Below are positions 48,995 to 60,783 of a stretch of DNA of 64,000 nucleotides, piece by piece. Origin of the DNA: Polyangiales bacterium (GTDB taxonomy: Bacteria > Myxococcota_A > Polyangia > Polyangiales > JADJQN01); assembly GCA_964202905.1 (NCBI GenBank), contig CAXNJO010000001.1:832001-896000 (forward strand), given 5' to 3'. The notes beneath the pieces were generated by a model, which saw only the letters and a program-made list of their open reading frames with translations, did no database searches and was not told where the DNA came from. Numbering within the stretch: position 1 is the stretch's first letter; every line of letters begins with the position of its first letter. A program made the position numbers and the translations under genes.

Positions 48995-50617
48995 TCAGTG
49001 ATTCCCGTCGTCTCCGTCGAACTCGTCGACCCCGACGAGCCCGCCGCGCGGCGCGGGGGCAGGGCCGGCGGGAGTGGGGACGCGCGCGGTCGCAGGCGGC
49101 GCGGGGACGCTCGCCGTCGGGGCCGCGGTCGCCGGTTCCGGCGCGGCCTCGCGCGGGGTGGCGGTGCGTGGCGCGCCCCGTGGACGGGCACCGCGCGCGG
49201 CGGGCGCGGCGAGGGCATCCGCGGCAGGGACGGCCGCCGGTGTCGCGCCAGGCGCGATCGGCGAAGGCGCGTCGGGCACCGGCGCGGTGGGTGCGATCGG
49301 CGAAGGCGCAGCGGGCGCCGACGGCGACGGCGCATCGGGCACGGCGGGCGCCGCGGGCGCGATGGACGGGGCCGCGAGCGTCGGCGGCGCGGTGGGCACG
49401 GCCGTCGTCCCGCCGCGGAGGAACGCGTACACCGCGCCCGCGACGCCGAGCGCGAGGAGCGTCCCCGCGACGCCCAGCGCGAGCGGCGTGGGACCGGTCC
49501 GCACGATCACCACGCCCGAGCCCGTCGCGCCCTGCGTGCTTGCGGCCTGCGCGTTCGCGGCCTGTGTGTTGAACGCCTGGGCGTCTGCGGTCTGCGCGTG
49601 GTGCACGCCGGTCGCGTCGGCGCTCGCCGGGAGCGGCAGCTCGCGGAAGAGCGTCGTGATGCGCTTCTCGAGCAGCTGCACGCGCTCACCGCCGAGCGCG
49701 CGCACGACCTGCCCGACGCGCGCGGGCGAGGCCTGCCCGCTGCCCCCCGCGGCCATCGCCGCGACGAGCCGATCGGCGAAGATCGCGGCCGATGCGAGGC
49801 GCTTCTCCGGGTCGCGCAGGAGCGCTGCAGCGACCGCCCCGGCGACGCCCGGCGGCAGGTCGCGGCGCACGGTGTCGAGGTGCCGGATCGGCGCGTTCAC
49901 GATGCGGTCCGCGAGAAGCAGCGGGTTGTCCGCCTCGAAGAGGCGCCGCCCCGCGAGCAGCTCCCACGCGACGACGCCGAGCGCGAAGACGTCGCTGCGC
50001 TGGTCGATCGGCAGCCCGCGCAGCTGCTCCGGCGAGAAGTACGCGAGCTTTCCCTTGAGCTCGCCCGTCTCGGTCTGCGCGTTCCGCGCCATCGCGCGCG
50101 CGATGCCGAAATCCGAGATGCGCGCGCGCCCGTCGATCCCGACGAGCACGTTGTGCGGGGAGACGTCGCGGTGCACGAGGTCGAGCGCCTCGCCCGTCGA
50201 GGAGCGGGCCCGGTGCGCGTCCTCGAGGCCACGCGCGGCCTGCACGAGGATCGTCAGCGCGACGTCGAGCGGGATCCCGCCGGGCACGCCCTCGGCCGCG
50301 TCGCCGAGCTCGCGCAGCGTGCTGCCCAGCACCAGCTCGAGGGCCATGTAGAGGGTCTCGCCGCCCTCGCGGCCGAGGTCGTGCGTGGCGACGACGTGCG
50401 GGCTCTCGATCTGCGCCGCGAGCGCCGCTTCGTCCATGAACATCGCGACGAACTTTTCGTCCCGCGCGAGGTGCGGGAGCATGAGCTTCAGCGCGACGGG
50501 CTTCTGAAACGCACCCTCGCCGAGCACGCGCGCCGCGTACACGGTCGCCATGCCGCCCGACGCCAGCGGGCAGAGGATCTGATAGCGACCGAGCCGGTCA
50601 CCGCTCTCGAGGCCCAC
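48995..50617 (-). CDS. Hanks-type Ser/Thr protein kinase with TM and Pro/Ala-rich tail
   Basis: GGMATV, VALK, HRDVSPHN, DFG, SPEQ; TM GVAGTLLALGVAGAVYAFL. Confidence 0.95.
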   Translation of the reverse strand: MGLESGDRLGRYQILCPLASGGMATVYAARVLGEGAFQKPVALKLMLPHLARDEKFVAMFMDEAALAAQIESPHVVATHDLGREGGETLYMALELVLGSTLRELGDAAEGVPGGIPLDVALTILVQAARGLEDAHRARSSTGEALDLVHRDVSPHNVLVGIDGRARISDFGIARAMARNAQTETGELKGKLAYFSPEQLRGLPIDQRSDVFALGVVAWELLAGRRLFEADNPLLLADRIVNAPIRHLDTVRRDLPPGVAGAVAAALLRDPEKRLASAAIFADRLVAAMAAGGSGQASPARVGQVVRALGGERVQLLEKRITTLFRELPLPASADATGVHHAQTADAQAFNTQAANAQAASTQGATGSGVVIVRTGPTPLALGVAGTLLALGVAGAVYAFLRGGTTAVPTAPPTLAAPSIAPAAPAVPDAPSPSAPAAPSPIAPTAPVPDAPSPIAPGATPAAVPAADALAAPAARGARPRGAPRTATPREAAPEPATAAPTASVPAPPATARVPTPAGPAPAPRGGLVGVDEFDGDDGNH

Positions 50618-50690
50618 CGGCCGGAGGGTACCGTGACGAGCCGCGAACATCCAACCCGCACCGCGACGAACGCTGTTAGGCTCGCGCCCG

Positions 50691-52320
50691 ATGGTCCGCC
50701 GTTCCCCGATCCGCGCCGCCGCGCTCGCCGCGCTCGGTGCCGCGCTGCTCCTCGCGGGATGCGAGGCGCGCATCACCGAGGTCGTCGTCGTCGTGGACTC
50801 GACGCTGCGCGTCCCGCAGGACGTCGATGCCCTCGACATCCGCGTCAACACCACGGGCCGCATGGTGCCGGGGCTCGACGCGCCGCTCACCGGGCCGGAC
50901 GCCGTCGCGCCCCCGCTCACGCTCGGCCTGCGCTCGGAGTCCGACGCCGCGACGCCGTTCAGCGTCGTCGTGCGCGGGTTGCTGCGCGGCGGTGAGCGGA
51001 TCCGCGCGGAGGTCGCGACGCGCTTCGTCCCGGGCGAGCGGCGCGTGTTGCGGATCCGGCTCGAAGAGGGCTGTCTCGGGGTCGTGTGCGGGGAGGGTCT
51101 CACGTGCCGTGACGCCGAGTGCCGACCCATCGCGGTCGACCCCGACTTCCTGCCGCCGCTCTCGTCGCTCGATCTCGGCGTCGGCCCCGGGCCGCGCGAC
51201 GCGGGCGCGGACTCGGGCTCACGCGATGCAAGCGGGCCCGACGCGGGCGAGTCCGATGGCGGCGCGCTGGACGCGGGTCCGCCCGACGGGGGCGCGGGCT
51301 GCACGCCCGGGGACGCGGGCGTCGTCGGCGCACCCGAGGGCTGCGTGCTCGCGAAGCCGCCCGCCCGCCCGCTCTGCGCGGACGACGGTGCCGACGTGGG
51401 CGATCTCCACTTCGCGTTGCGCGACCTCGTGCTCGATCAGAGCGGTGACCGCTGGCGCACGCTCGGCTGGGATCTCGACGGCAACTGCACCGACGCGCTC
51501 TCGCCGATGCCCGCGACCGAGTGCACGCCGCCCGCGGCACCCGCGTCGACGGACGGGCTCAACGGCATCGACAACGTCTTCGGTTCGACCATCTCCGCGC
51601 AATTCATCGCCTACCAGCCCGAGCTCGCGACCTCGATCACGAACACCGTCGCGCAGGGGCGCAACGTCCCGCTCGTCTACCTCGAGAACTGGAACGGTGC
51701 GTCCGATGATCCGCGCGTGACCATCTCGATGGCCTTCGCCGTCGACCTCGTCCCGGCGGGTGTACCCATCCCAGACGGTGGTGTCACTTACTCGAACACG
51801 CTCCCGCCGCCCGCGTGGGACGGCACGGACACCGCGTACGTCAGCTCCTCCGTCTTCTCGTCGCCCGGCCGCTCGGTGCTCTACGACGACAACGCCTACG
51901 TCGCGGGCGGCATGATCGTCGCGCGTCTCCCCGATCGCGCGGACGTGGACCTCCCCGGCGGGCTCGGCGCGGTGCGGGTCCAGCTCACCGATCTTCGCTT
52001 CACCGCGACGCTCGTCGATGCGGGCGGCGGCGCGTCCGCGCTGCGTGATGCGTTGCTCACCGGGCGCTGGCCGCAGAGCGACATCGCGCGCTTTCTCGAC
52101 AACATCGGCGTCTGCCCGGGCTCGCCGACCACCGATCTCGTCCGCGCCGGCTTCGACGTCGTGCTCACCCGCGCGATGGACGTGCGCGCCACGCCGGGGA
52201 CCGGCGGGCCGGGCGTGATCGTGCGACGCGGTGAGCACCGCAATCCCCTTCCAGAACGGCGTGCGCGTGACGCTCGGCGACGTCGTCCCCGTCGTGCTGG
52301 CCCCCTTCGAGTGTCCGTGA
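50691..52320 (+). CDS. Cys-containing lipoprotein; frameshift near 52220, true C-terminus CDAVSTAIPF...FECP
   Basis: Lipobox LAGC; GWDLDG.C, GIDN; alternative frame ends at TGA 52318-52320, overlapping the next GTG. Confidence 0.7.
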
Positions 52321-53165
52321 CGCGCGCGCTCCGCCATGGCCTCGCGGCGCTCCTCGTCGCCGCCCTCGCCGCGACGCCGCTCGCTGCGTCGGGCGCCCGC
52401 GCGCAGGACGCGCCGCCGGCCTCGCCCTCGGCGAGCCAGATCGCGCTCGCGCGGAGGCTCTTCGTCGAGGGCGTCGAGGCCGCGCAGGCGCGGCGCTTCG
52501 ACGACGCGCGCGCCGCGTTCGAGCGCTCGTACGCGCTCTCGGGGCGCGAGGTGACGCTGCTCAACCTCGCGCACGTCCTCGCGGAGTCCGGGAAGCTCGT
52601 CGCGGCCGTCGACACGTATCGGCGCTTCTTCGCGCGGGCCGACGCCGAGACGCAGGTGCGGCATGGCGAGGACGCGCGCGCCGCGCTCGTGCTGCTCGAG
52701 CGACGCCTCACCTCGCTCACCATCGTCGTGCGGAACCTGCGCGACGACGACGTCGTGAGGCTCGACGACGACACCATCGCGCGCGAGGGTCTCGGCCTCG
52801 AAGTGCCGGTGGATCCGGGCTCGCACACGGTCGATGTGCGCCGGGGAAGCGTGAGCTGCGCGCGCCGTACGCTGCGTCTCGCCGAGCGCGAGCGCGGCGA
52901 CGTCGAACTCGACGCGACGTGTCCGCCGCCTCCGGAAGAGGTCGCGCGCCTCGCCGCGGTGGAGGCCGAGGCGCGGGCCGAGCGCGAGCGGGAGGCCGAG
53001 CGGGTCGCGGACGAGCGCAGCGCGCGGGCCTGGGTGTGGGTCGGCGTCGGCGCGGGCGTGCTCGCCGCCGCGGGCGTGGTCGTCGCGGCGGTGCTGCTCT
53101 CGCAGCCGGAGCCGATCCCGTCGTACGTCGGCAACTTCGGGCCGGGGACGATCAACCTGCCCTGA
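52317..53165 (+). CDS. TPR + PEGA-like domain membrane protein
   Basis: Signal peptide; ARRLF.EG...FERSY..LLNLA TPR; VDPGSHTV PEGA-like; C-terminal TM. Confidence 0.8.
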   Translation: MTRALRHGLAALLVAALAATPLAASGARAQDAPPASPSASQIALARRLFVEGVEAAQARRFDDARAAFERSYALSGREVTLLNLAHVLAESGKLVAAVDTYRRFFARADAETQVRHGEDARAALVLLERRLTSLTIVVRNLRDDDVVRLDDDTIAREGLGLEVPVDPGSHTVDVRRGSVSCARRTLRLAERERGDVELDATCPPPPEEVARLAAVEAEARAEREREAERVADERSARAWVWVGVGAGVLAAAGVVVAAVLLSQPEPIPSYVGNFGPGTINLP

Positions 53166-53184
53166 TGGCGCCGCGTCGGCCTGC

Positions 53185-55674
53185 TCACGCCTCCGCGCGC
53201 CTGCGCGCAGCCAGCCCCCGCGCGAGCAACGGCAGGAGCGCGAGGTAGCCGCAGCCCGCGAGCACGAAGAGCGCGCCGAGGCCGAGCTCGTGCGCCACGA
53301 TGATCCCGCCGCTCGACGCGAGCACGCCCCCGACGCCGTTGATGCCCCAGAGCCACGGCGCCTCGTCGCGGAGCGTCGCGCCGAAGACGCGCATCCCGCC
53401 CGGGAACGCCGTCCCGAGCGAGATCCCGAGCGTCGCCGTGAGCCCCGCGGCGAAGGCGATGCGCTGCGTGAGCGGGGCGGCCGCGAGCGTGCCCGCCCAG
53501 CCCGGGAGCAGCCACGCGAGCGCGAAGAGCAGCGACGCCGTGATGAGCGGGGGCACGAAGCACGCGGGCGCGCGGTGGAGCGGCAGGCGATCGCTGAGCC
53601 ACGAGCCGAGCCCCGCGGCGCCGACCAGCGCGGCGAGCACCACGACGAGCCCATAGAGCGGGTGCCCGAGCACGAGCCCGAGGCGCTGCAGCAGGCCGAT
53701 CTCCGCGAGCATGAAGGCCACGCCGATCACCGCGAAATACGCGATGCCCGCGGCGACGAGCCCGCGCGGCGGTGGTGGTGCGCGGCGCGGCGCGGCGCGA
53801 TCGGCCCGGCGACGCAGGGCGATCGGGCCGATCACCGCGAGCGCGACGAGCACGAGGGACGCGAGGAACGCGAGCGCGAGCGTGAGCGTCGCGCGGCGGT
53901 TGCCCTCGATCGTGCCGCCCGCGTCCTCGGGGAGCGTCACGAACCACGCGCGCATCCGCAGCAGATTGAAGAAGAAGGGGCGGTCGTCGGTGGGGGGCCG
54001 CAGATCGAAGACCGGTCCGAGAGTCCGTGCATCGAGCTCGGCGCGCGTGCGGCTCTCCGCGATCGGCGCGAGGGCCGCGGCCGCCTCGCCCGTCGCGGCA
54101 CCGTCTGCGCCCGGCGCGAGGAGGATCTCGAAGCCGAGGCGCGGCTCGACGGTCGCGAGGCGCGCGAGGTCCGCGGGCGTCAACGGATCGACGCCGACGA
54201 GCAGCGTCGCGACGATGCCGACGCGCACGAGCGCGAGGTGCGCGAGCGGCCGTGCGGCCCCGCGCTCGAGCAGCGCCGCCGTCGCGAGCGCGACCATGCG
54301 CGCCGTCTCGTCCGTCGTCCCGCCCTGGTGCCAGCGCGACACGCTCAGCACGCCGCCCCGCGCGAGCCGCGCGAGGAACGCGCGCCACGCCTCCACCGTG
54401 TAGAGCCCGTTCTCGCCGAGCGCATGCGCGCCCGCGCCCGTCGCCGCCCAGGTGTCGACGAGCGACATCTGCACGACGTCGAACTGCTCGCGCGAGCGCG
54501 CCATCCAGCTGCGCCCGTCGTCGTGCACGAGCCGCACGCGCGGCGAGTCCGCGATGCGCGCCGGCGCGCCGAGCGGGCCGCGCAGCAGCTCGAGCAGCCG
54601 CCCGTTCAGCTCGATCCCGGTGACGTGCTCGTGCCCGAACATCAGCGCCGTCTGCAGATCGCGCGAGCCGCCGACGCCGATGATCGCGACGCGCCCGCGC
54701 GGCCGGATCTGGTGCACCACGCTCGTCACGTCGCACGCGAGAAAGCGCATCGACGCGATGTCCGGGTCCGCGTGGTAGAGCACCGTGCCCGCGTCGCCGT
54801 CGATGTTGATCCAGCGCTGCTCGACCTCGGCCGCCGGGCACGTGCCGCGGCTCCAGTACACGGCCGGCCCGCGCCACGCGCGGAAGACGTGGATGCGCGA
54901 GTGGCTGTTCCACGTCTCGAGCTCGAGCTTGCCGCGCTCCTCCGCGCGCCCCTTCACCCAGAGCGGAACGAGCCCGTGCGGCCCCGCTGCGTTCGCGGCC
55001 GTCACCGCGGCGAGCACGCCGGCCACGACGAGCGCACGCCGCACGCCGCGCACGTCCTTGACCGATCGCGCGTAGAGCGCGGAGGCGAGCGCGGCGACCG
55101 CCGCCATCGCGAGGATCGCGGAGCCCGCGTCGAGGTGCTCGAGCAGCGCCGGCACGAGCGGCGCGCCGAGCGCGGCGCCCGCGAGATCCACCGCGTAGAT
55201 GCGGCCGACCGGCAGCGTCGAGCGCGTGAGGCTCGCGGCCACGATCGCGCCCGCGGCGATGAACGGCAGCGAGATCGTGAGCGCGAAGAGCAGAAAGAGC
55301 AGCGCCGTCGTCGCGACCGGCTCGACACGCAGCGGCACGACGAGCAGGAGCACGTAGCTGAGCGGGATCGCGGCTGCGAGGTAGAGCGCGTCCCTCGCGA
55401 GTTGCGCGCCGAGCCGCCCCGGCGCGTAGAGCGCGGGCCGCAGGTACACGCGCACCGCGCCCGCCGTCAGGCCGAAGAGGCCCATCCCGATCACGAGGAA
55501 CGCCAACGAATACCAGGTGATGACCGAGAGCAGCCGCGTGACGAGCACCTCGAGGGCGAGCATCACCGCAGTCACGAGGAAGAGGCCGCCGAGGAACGGC
55601 GCCTGCGCGGGCTGCGGGTCGGGGTGCGCGTCGGGCTGCGGGTCGGACTGCGGCTCGGGCTGCGGGGCGGACAT
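53185..55674 (-). CDS. Spermidine-synthase-like membrane protein with class I SAM-binding domain
   Basis: LALEVLVTRLLS, IYAVDLAGA, IIGVGGSRD, GIELN, DDGRS, LYTVEA, PTDDRPFF, WGING. Confidence 0.85.
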   Translation of the reverse strand: MSAPQPEPQSDPQPDAHPDPQPAQAPFLGGLFLVTAVMLALEVLVTRLLSVITWYSLAFLVIGMGLFGLTAGAVRVYLRPALYAPGRLGAQLARDALYLAAAIPLSYVLLLVVPLRVEPVATTALLFLLFALTISLPFIAAGAIVAASLTRSTLPVGRIYAVDLAGAALGAPLVPALLEHLDAGSAILAMAAVAALASALYARSVKDVRGVRRALVVAGVLAAVTAANAAGPHGLVPLWVKGRAEERGKLELETWNSHSRIHVFRAWRGPAVYWSRGTCPAAEVEQRWINIDGDAGTVLYHADPDIASMRFLACDVTSVVHQIRPRGRVAIIGVGGSRDLQTALMFGHEHVTGIELNGRLLELLRGPLGAPARIADSPRVRLVHDDGRSWMARSREQFDVVQMSLVDTWAATGAGAHALGENGLYTVEAWRAFLARLARGGVLSVSRWHQGGTTDETARMVALATAALLERGAARPLAHLALVRVGIVATLLVGVDPLTPADLARLATVEPRLGFEILLAPGADGAATGEAAAALAPIAESRTRAELDARTLGPVFDLRPPTDDRPFFFNLLRMRAWFVTLPEDAGGTIEGNRRATLTLALAFLASLVLVALAVIGPIALRRRADRAAPRRAPPPPRGLVAAGIAYFAVIGVAFMLAEIGLLQRLGLVLGHPLYGLVVVLAALVGAAGLGSWLSDRLPLHRAPACFVPPLITASLLFALAWLLPGWAGTLAAAPLTQRIAFAAGLTATLGISLGTAFPGGMRVFGATLRDEAPWLWGINGVGGVLASSGGIIVAHELGLGALFVLAGCGYLALLPLLARGLAARRRAEA

Positions 55675-55722
55675 GGCGCGGCGCACTGTAACAGCGCGTC
55701 GGCGCGCCCCGCGCGCGCCGGG

Positions 55723-56781
<1,059 letters not shown>

Positions 56782-56800
56782 CGGGCCAGCTTCCCCGACG

Positions 56801-56825
56801 TGAAACGTTGTTTCAATCTGTTTCA
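56801..56825. promoter_or_regulatory. Palindromic site TGAAAC-N3-GTTTCA plus an extra GTTTCA half-site between divergent genes
   Basis: AT-rich inverted repeat at 56801-56815, half-site at 56820-56825. Confidence 0.5.
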
Positions 56826-56894
56826 GGCCGCGGGGCATCGGTGCGCTCCCCGTGGCCGTTGTCGCCTCGGCGGGGCGCCGTGCTAGATCGCGCC

Positions 56895-57959
56895 ATGCCG
56901 CTGCCGCTCTCCTTCTTCGAACGCCTCCCGAAGACCGACCTCCACGTCCACCTCGACGGCTCGCTGCGCCTCGAGACGATCCTCGAGCTCGCCGAGCGCG
57001 AGAAGATCGCGCTCCCCGCGACCGACGTCGATGGCCTGCGCAAGGCGATGAACGCGGGCGCGGTGACGGGCTCGCTGGTCGAGTACCTCAAGGCCTTCGA
57101 CATCACGCTGCGCGTCATGCAGAAGGAGGCCGCGCTCACGCGCATCGCCTACGAGCTCGCCGAGGACGCCGCGAAGGAGAACGTCCGCTACATGGAGGTG
57201 CGCTACGCGCCGATGCTCCACACGCGCAACGGCCTCCGCCTCACGGCCGTCGTCGAGTCGGTGCTCGCGGGTCTGCGCGCCGCGCAGAAGGACCACGGCA
57301 TCGAGTCGAACGTGATCGTCTGCGGCATCCGCAACATCTCGCCCGAGTCCTCGCTCGAGATGGCGCAGCTCGCGGTCGCCTACAAGAACCGCGGCGTCGT
57401 CGCCTTCGACCTCGCGGGCGCCGAGTACGACCACCCCGCCAAGCACCACCGCGAGGCGTTTCAGCTCGTCCGCGACAACAACATCAACGTCACGATCCAC
57501 GCGGGCGAGGCGTACGGCCCCGAGTCGATCGCGCAGGCGATCCACGTCTGCGGCGCGCACCGCATCGGTCACGGCTGCCGCCTCCGCGAGGACGGCGATC
57601 TCCTGCACTACGTCAACGATCACCGCATCGCGCTCGAGTGCTGCCCCTCGTCGAACGTGCAGACGGGCGCGGTGCGCGACCTCGCGAGCCACCCGCTCAA
57701 GCTCTATTACGACCTCGGGCTGCGCGTGACGGTGAACACCGACAATCGCCTCGTCACGGACACCACCGTCTCGAAGGAGCTGTGGCTCACGCACACGCAG
57801 ATGGGCCTCGCGCTCCCCGACATCAAGCGCATCATCCTCAACGGGATGAAGGCGGCCTTTCTGCCCTTCCACATCAAGCAGAGCATGCTCCGCAAGATGT
57901 CCGCCGAGCTCGACGCGATCCCGGAGCCCGGCGCCGACGTGGCGGCCGCGTCGGCGTGA
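56895..57959 (+). CDS. add: Adenosine deaminase
   Basis: PKTDLHVHLDGS, FDLAGAE, TIHAGE, RIGHG, ECCPSSN, NTDN. Confidence 0.95.
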   Translation: MPLPLSFFERLPKTDLHVHLDGSLRLETILELAEREKIALPATDVDGLRKAMNAGAVTGSLVEYLKAFDITLRVMQKEAALTRIAYELAEDAAKENVRYMEVRYAPMLHTRNGLRLTAVVESVLAGLRAAQKDHGIESNVIVCGIRNISPESSLEMAQLAVAYKNRGVVAFDLAGAEYDHPAKHHREAFQLVRDNNINVTIHAGEAYGPESIAQAIHVCGAHRIGHGCRLREDGDLLHYVNDHRIALECCPSSNVQTGAVRDLASHPLKLYYDLGLRVTVNTDNRLVTDTTVSKELWLTHTQMGLALPDIKRIILNGMKAAFLPFHIKQSMLRKMSAELDAIPEPGADVAAASA

Positions 57960-58050
57960 TCGCGCTGCGTTGAACGCACGCGGCGTCGCCCGGCGTGCGG
58001 GTGCGCACGCGCGGCCCTGTCGTCGCGACGCGCGTGCGTACGTCGCGGCG

Positions 58051-58311
58051 ATGAACGGCACGCTCTCCGATCAGCTCCGCGCCCTGCATCGCACCCTCGC
58101 CGAGACCCCGGCGCTCGACGACGCCACGCGCGCCCTGCTCGCGGACGTGCGCCGTGACGTCGAGCGTGCGCTGGCGGCGCCCGACGCGGACGCGCACGGC
58201 TCGCTCGCGACGCGACTCCGCGCGTCGGTCCAGCACGTCGAGGCGAGGCATCCCGACCTCGTCGCGGCCGTGCAGCGCGTGTTGAACCAGCTCTCCGATC
58301 TCGGCGTGTAG
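58051..58311 (+). CDS. DUF4404-like small helical protein
   Basis: L..LH..L...VEARHPDL....LNQLSDLGV. Confidence 0.8.
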   Translation: MNGTLSDQLRALHRTLAETPALDDATRALLADVRRDVERALAAPDADAHGSLATRLRASVQHVEARHPDLVAAVQRVLNQLSDLGV

Positions 58312-58370
58312 ACGCGGCGCCGCGTGGCCCCACTGGGGCGATGGACGCGGCTCTGGTAGCCTGAGCGTCC

Positions 58371-60682
58371 ATGCGCGCCACGCTTGCCCTCTTCGCCGCC
58401 GTCGCCGTCACGCTCGCCGCGCGCACCGCCTCCGCGAACTATCCCGGCAACGTCCCGAACGGCTATTCCAGCCCGGGCGTCGGGCGCTGCGCGCTCTGTC
58501 ACGTCGCCGCCACGGGCGGCGGCACGCGCACCACGTTCGGCGAGAACTTCCGTCTCGGCGCGGATGGCGTCGCGGGGAACGCGGACGACCACGTGTGGAA
58601 CCGCTGGCTCGCGCAGCGCGACTCCGACGGCGATGGCTGGTCGAACGGCCAGGAGCTCGGCGATCCCTTCGCGCGCTGGCCCGGTGTCGCCGCGACGGCC
58701 TATCGCTCGAATCCGGGCTCGGGAAGCAGCGAACCCGCGGATTTCAGCCTCTGCGCGTCGGCCTCGAACAACGACTGCGAGCCCACGGCGAACGGCGGCA
58801 CGTGCGCGTCGTCGTCCACGGGCGGCGCGGGCGACTGGGACTGCGGCTGCGCGTCCGGCTACACGGGCACGGGCGACGAGCGCACGTTCGGGTACGTCGG
58901 CGGCAGCATCCCCTACACGATCCGCAGCTCGTCCGTCGACGGCTGCGCGGACGTCAACGAGTGCGCCACCGCGGGCCGCTGCGGCGTGGTCTCGGGCGCG
59001 GCGTGCACGAACATCAGCGGCTCGTACCGCTGCACGTGTCCGAGCGGTTACACGGCCCCCGCGACGGGCGGAAGCTGCGCGGACGCGAACGAGTGCCTCA
59101 CGGCGGGGCGCTGCGGGACGGGGACCTGCACGAACACGGCCGGCGCCTACACCTGCAGCTGCCCTGCGGGGTTCTCGTTCAACGGCACGACCTGCGTCGA
59201 CGACGACGTCTGCAACCCCACGCCCTGCGGCGCGAACTCGACGTGCGTCATCCGCGGCGGCGTCGCCCAGTGTGGCTGTTTGTCCGGCTATTCGGCACGA
59301 CCCGGGCTCGGCGGCTGTCTGGACATCAACGAGTGCGCGGTGGTCGGACGCTGCGGCACGGTCACCGGCGCGATCTGCACCAACACGACGGGCTCGTACA
59401 CGTGCGCGTGCCCCGCAGGCTACGAAGCGCCCCCGACGGGCGGGCGCGTGCGCCGACGTGGACGAGTGCGCCGACGATCGCCCGACCTCTGCGGCGCCGG
59501 GCACCTGCGCGAACACCGCGGGCTCGTACACGTGCACGTGCCCCGCGGGCTCGGTCGCCGCGGGTGGGACCTGCGTGGACGTCGACGAATGCGCCGTCGA
59601 TCCGTGCGGCCCCGGCCTCTGCACGGAGCTCGAGCCCGGCCCCGGCTACGCGTGCGCATGCCAGGGCGGCTACGCCGCGCCGGAGAGCGGCGGCACCTGC
59701 GCCGACGTCGACGAGTGCGCTCGATCCGGGGCTCAGCCTCTGCTCGCTCAACGCCTCCTGCGCGAACGCGATCGGCGCGTTCACGTGCACGTGCAACGCG
59801 GGCTACGCGGGCGACGGGCAGGAGTGCCTCGACGTCGACGAGTGCGCGAGCGACGCGACGAACGACTGCGACCCGAACGCGGACTGCACGAACGCCGAGG
59901 CCACCTACGACTGCGCCTGCCGCGCTGGCTGGGTCGGCTCGGGCTTCGCGTGCGCCGACGAGGACGACTGCGCGACGGGCGCGGTCGCATGCGGGGCGAA
60001 CGAGCGCTGCGTGAACCAGACGGGCGCGCCGGGGCTCTGCGAGTGCGTGCCCGGCACCTCGCGGCCCACGCCGATGGGCCCGTGCGCGGCCGTGTGCGGC
60101 GACGGACAGCGCGCGGGTGGCGAGCCCTGCGACGACGGAAATGCCATCTCTGGAGATGGCTGCGATGCGCTGTGCGCAGTCGAGGCCGGCTGGTCCTGTT
60201 CCGAGGCGGGCGGCGGCGCGAGCACGTGCGCGGAGACCTGCGGCGACGGCCTCATCGATCCGGGCGAGGGCTGCGACGACGGCCCCGCCAACAGCGACAC
60301 CGCGCCCGACGCCTGCCGCGCGCGCTGCATCGCGGCCTACTGCGGCGACGGCGTGGTGGACACCGGCGAGGCCTGCGATCCCGGCGGAGCCGCGGCGCCG
60401 CTCCCCGAGGGCGCGTGCGCGGGCACCTGCACGCCGGACGCCGACGCGGGCGTTCCGAACGACGCCGGCGTGGACGATGGGGGCAGCGAGGTCGGCTCGG
60501 ACGCGGGCGCGAACGACGCGGGCTTCGACGCCGGGTCGATGGATGCCATCGCCGAAGCGGGTGGATGTGGCTGCCACGCGACGGGTGGTGGTGCGCGCGA
60601 TGGACGCGCGCTCGTCGCAATCGCTCTGCTTTGCGCGGTGATCACCGTGCGCCGTCGTGTCGCGGGCCGCAGACCGCGCTGA
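58371..60682 (+). CDS. Surface protein: temptin-like domain with CxxCH, ~10 EGF-like repeats, 3 myxobacterial Cys-rich repeats, MYXO-CTERM; frameshifted at ~59440-59730
   Basis: Signal peptide; CALCH; DSDGDGWSNGQELGDP; DVDEC...C.N..GSY.C.C repeats; CGDG...CDDG; GGCGC-TM-RRR; spans three frames. Confidence 0.8.
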
Positions 60683-60783
60683 GGTGCGCGTCCCGGCTGC
60701 GTTTCGCGAGACAAATCGGTTGGAACAACGGTGTTCGGATCCCCCGTTGCCCTGCGCGCCGACGTTGCGATAGCGTCGTCGCC

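Noticed and set aside
50691..53165. 824-aa lipoprotein-TPR fusion in the ORF track
   Set aside because: Junction is nonsense-like; an alternative frame gives a proper C-terminus ending at 52320 that overlaps a GTG start with signal peptide, so two genes plus an indel is more likely
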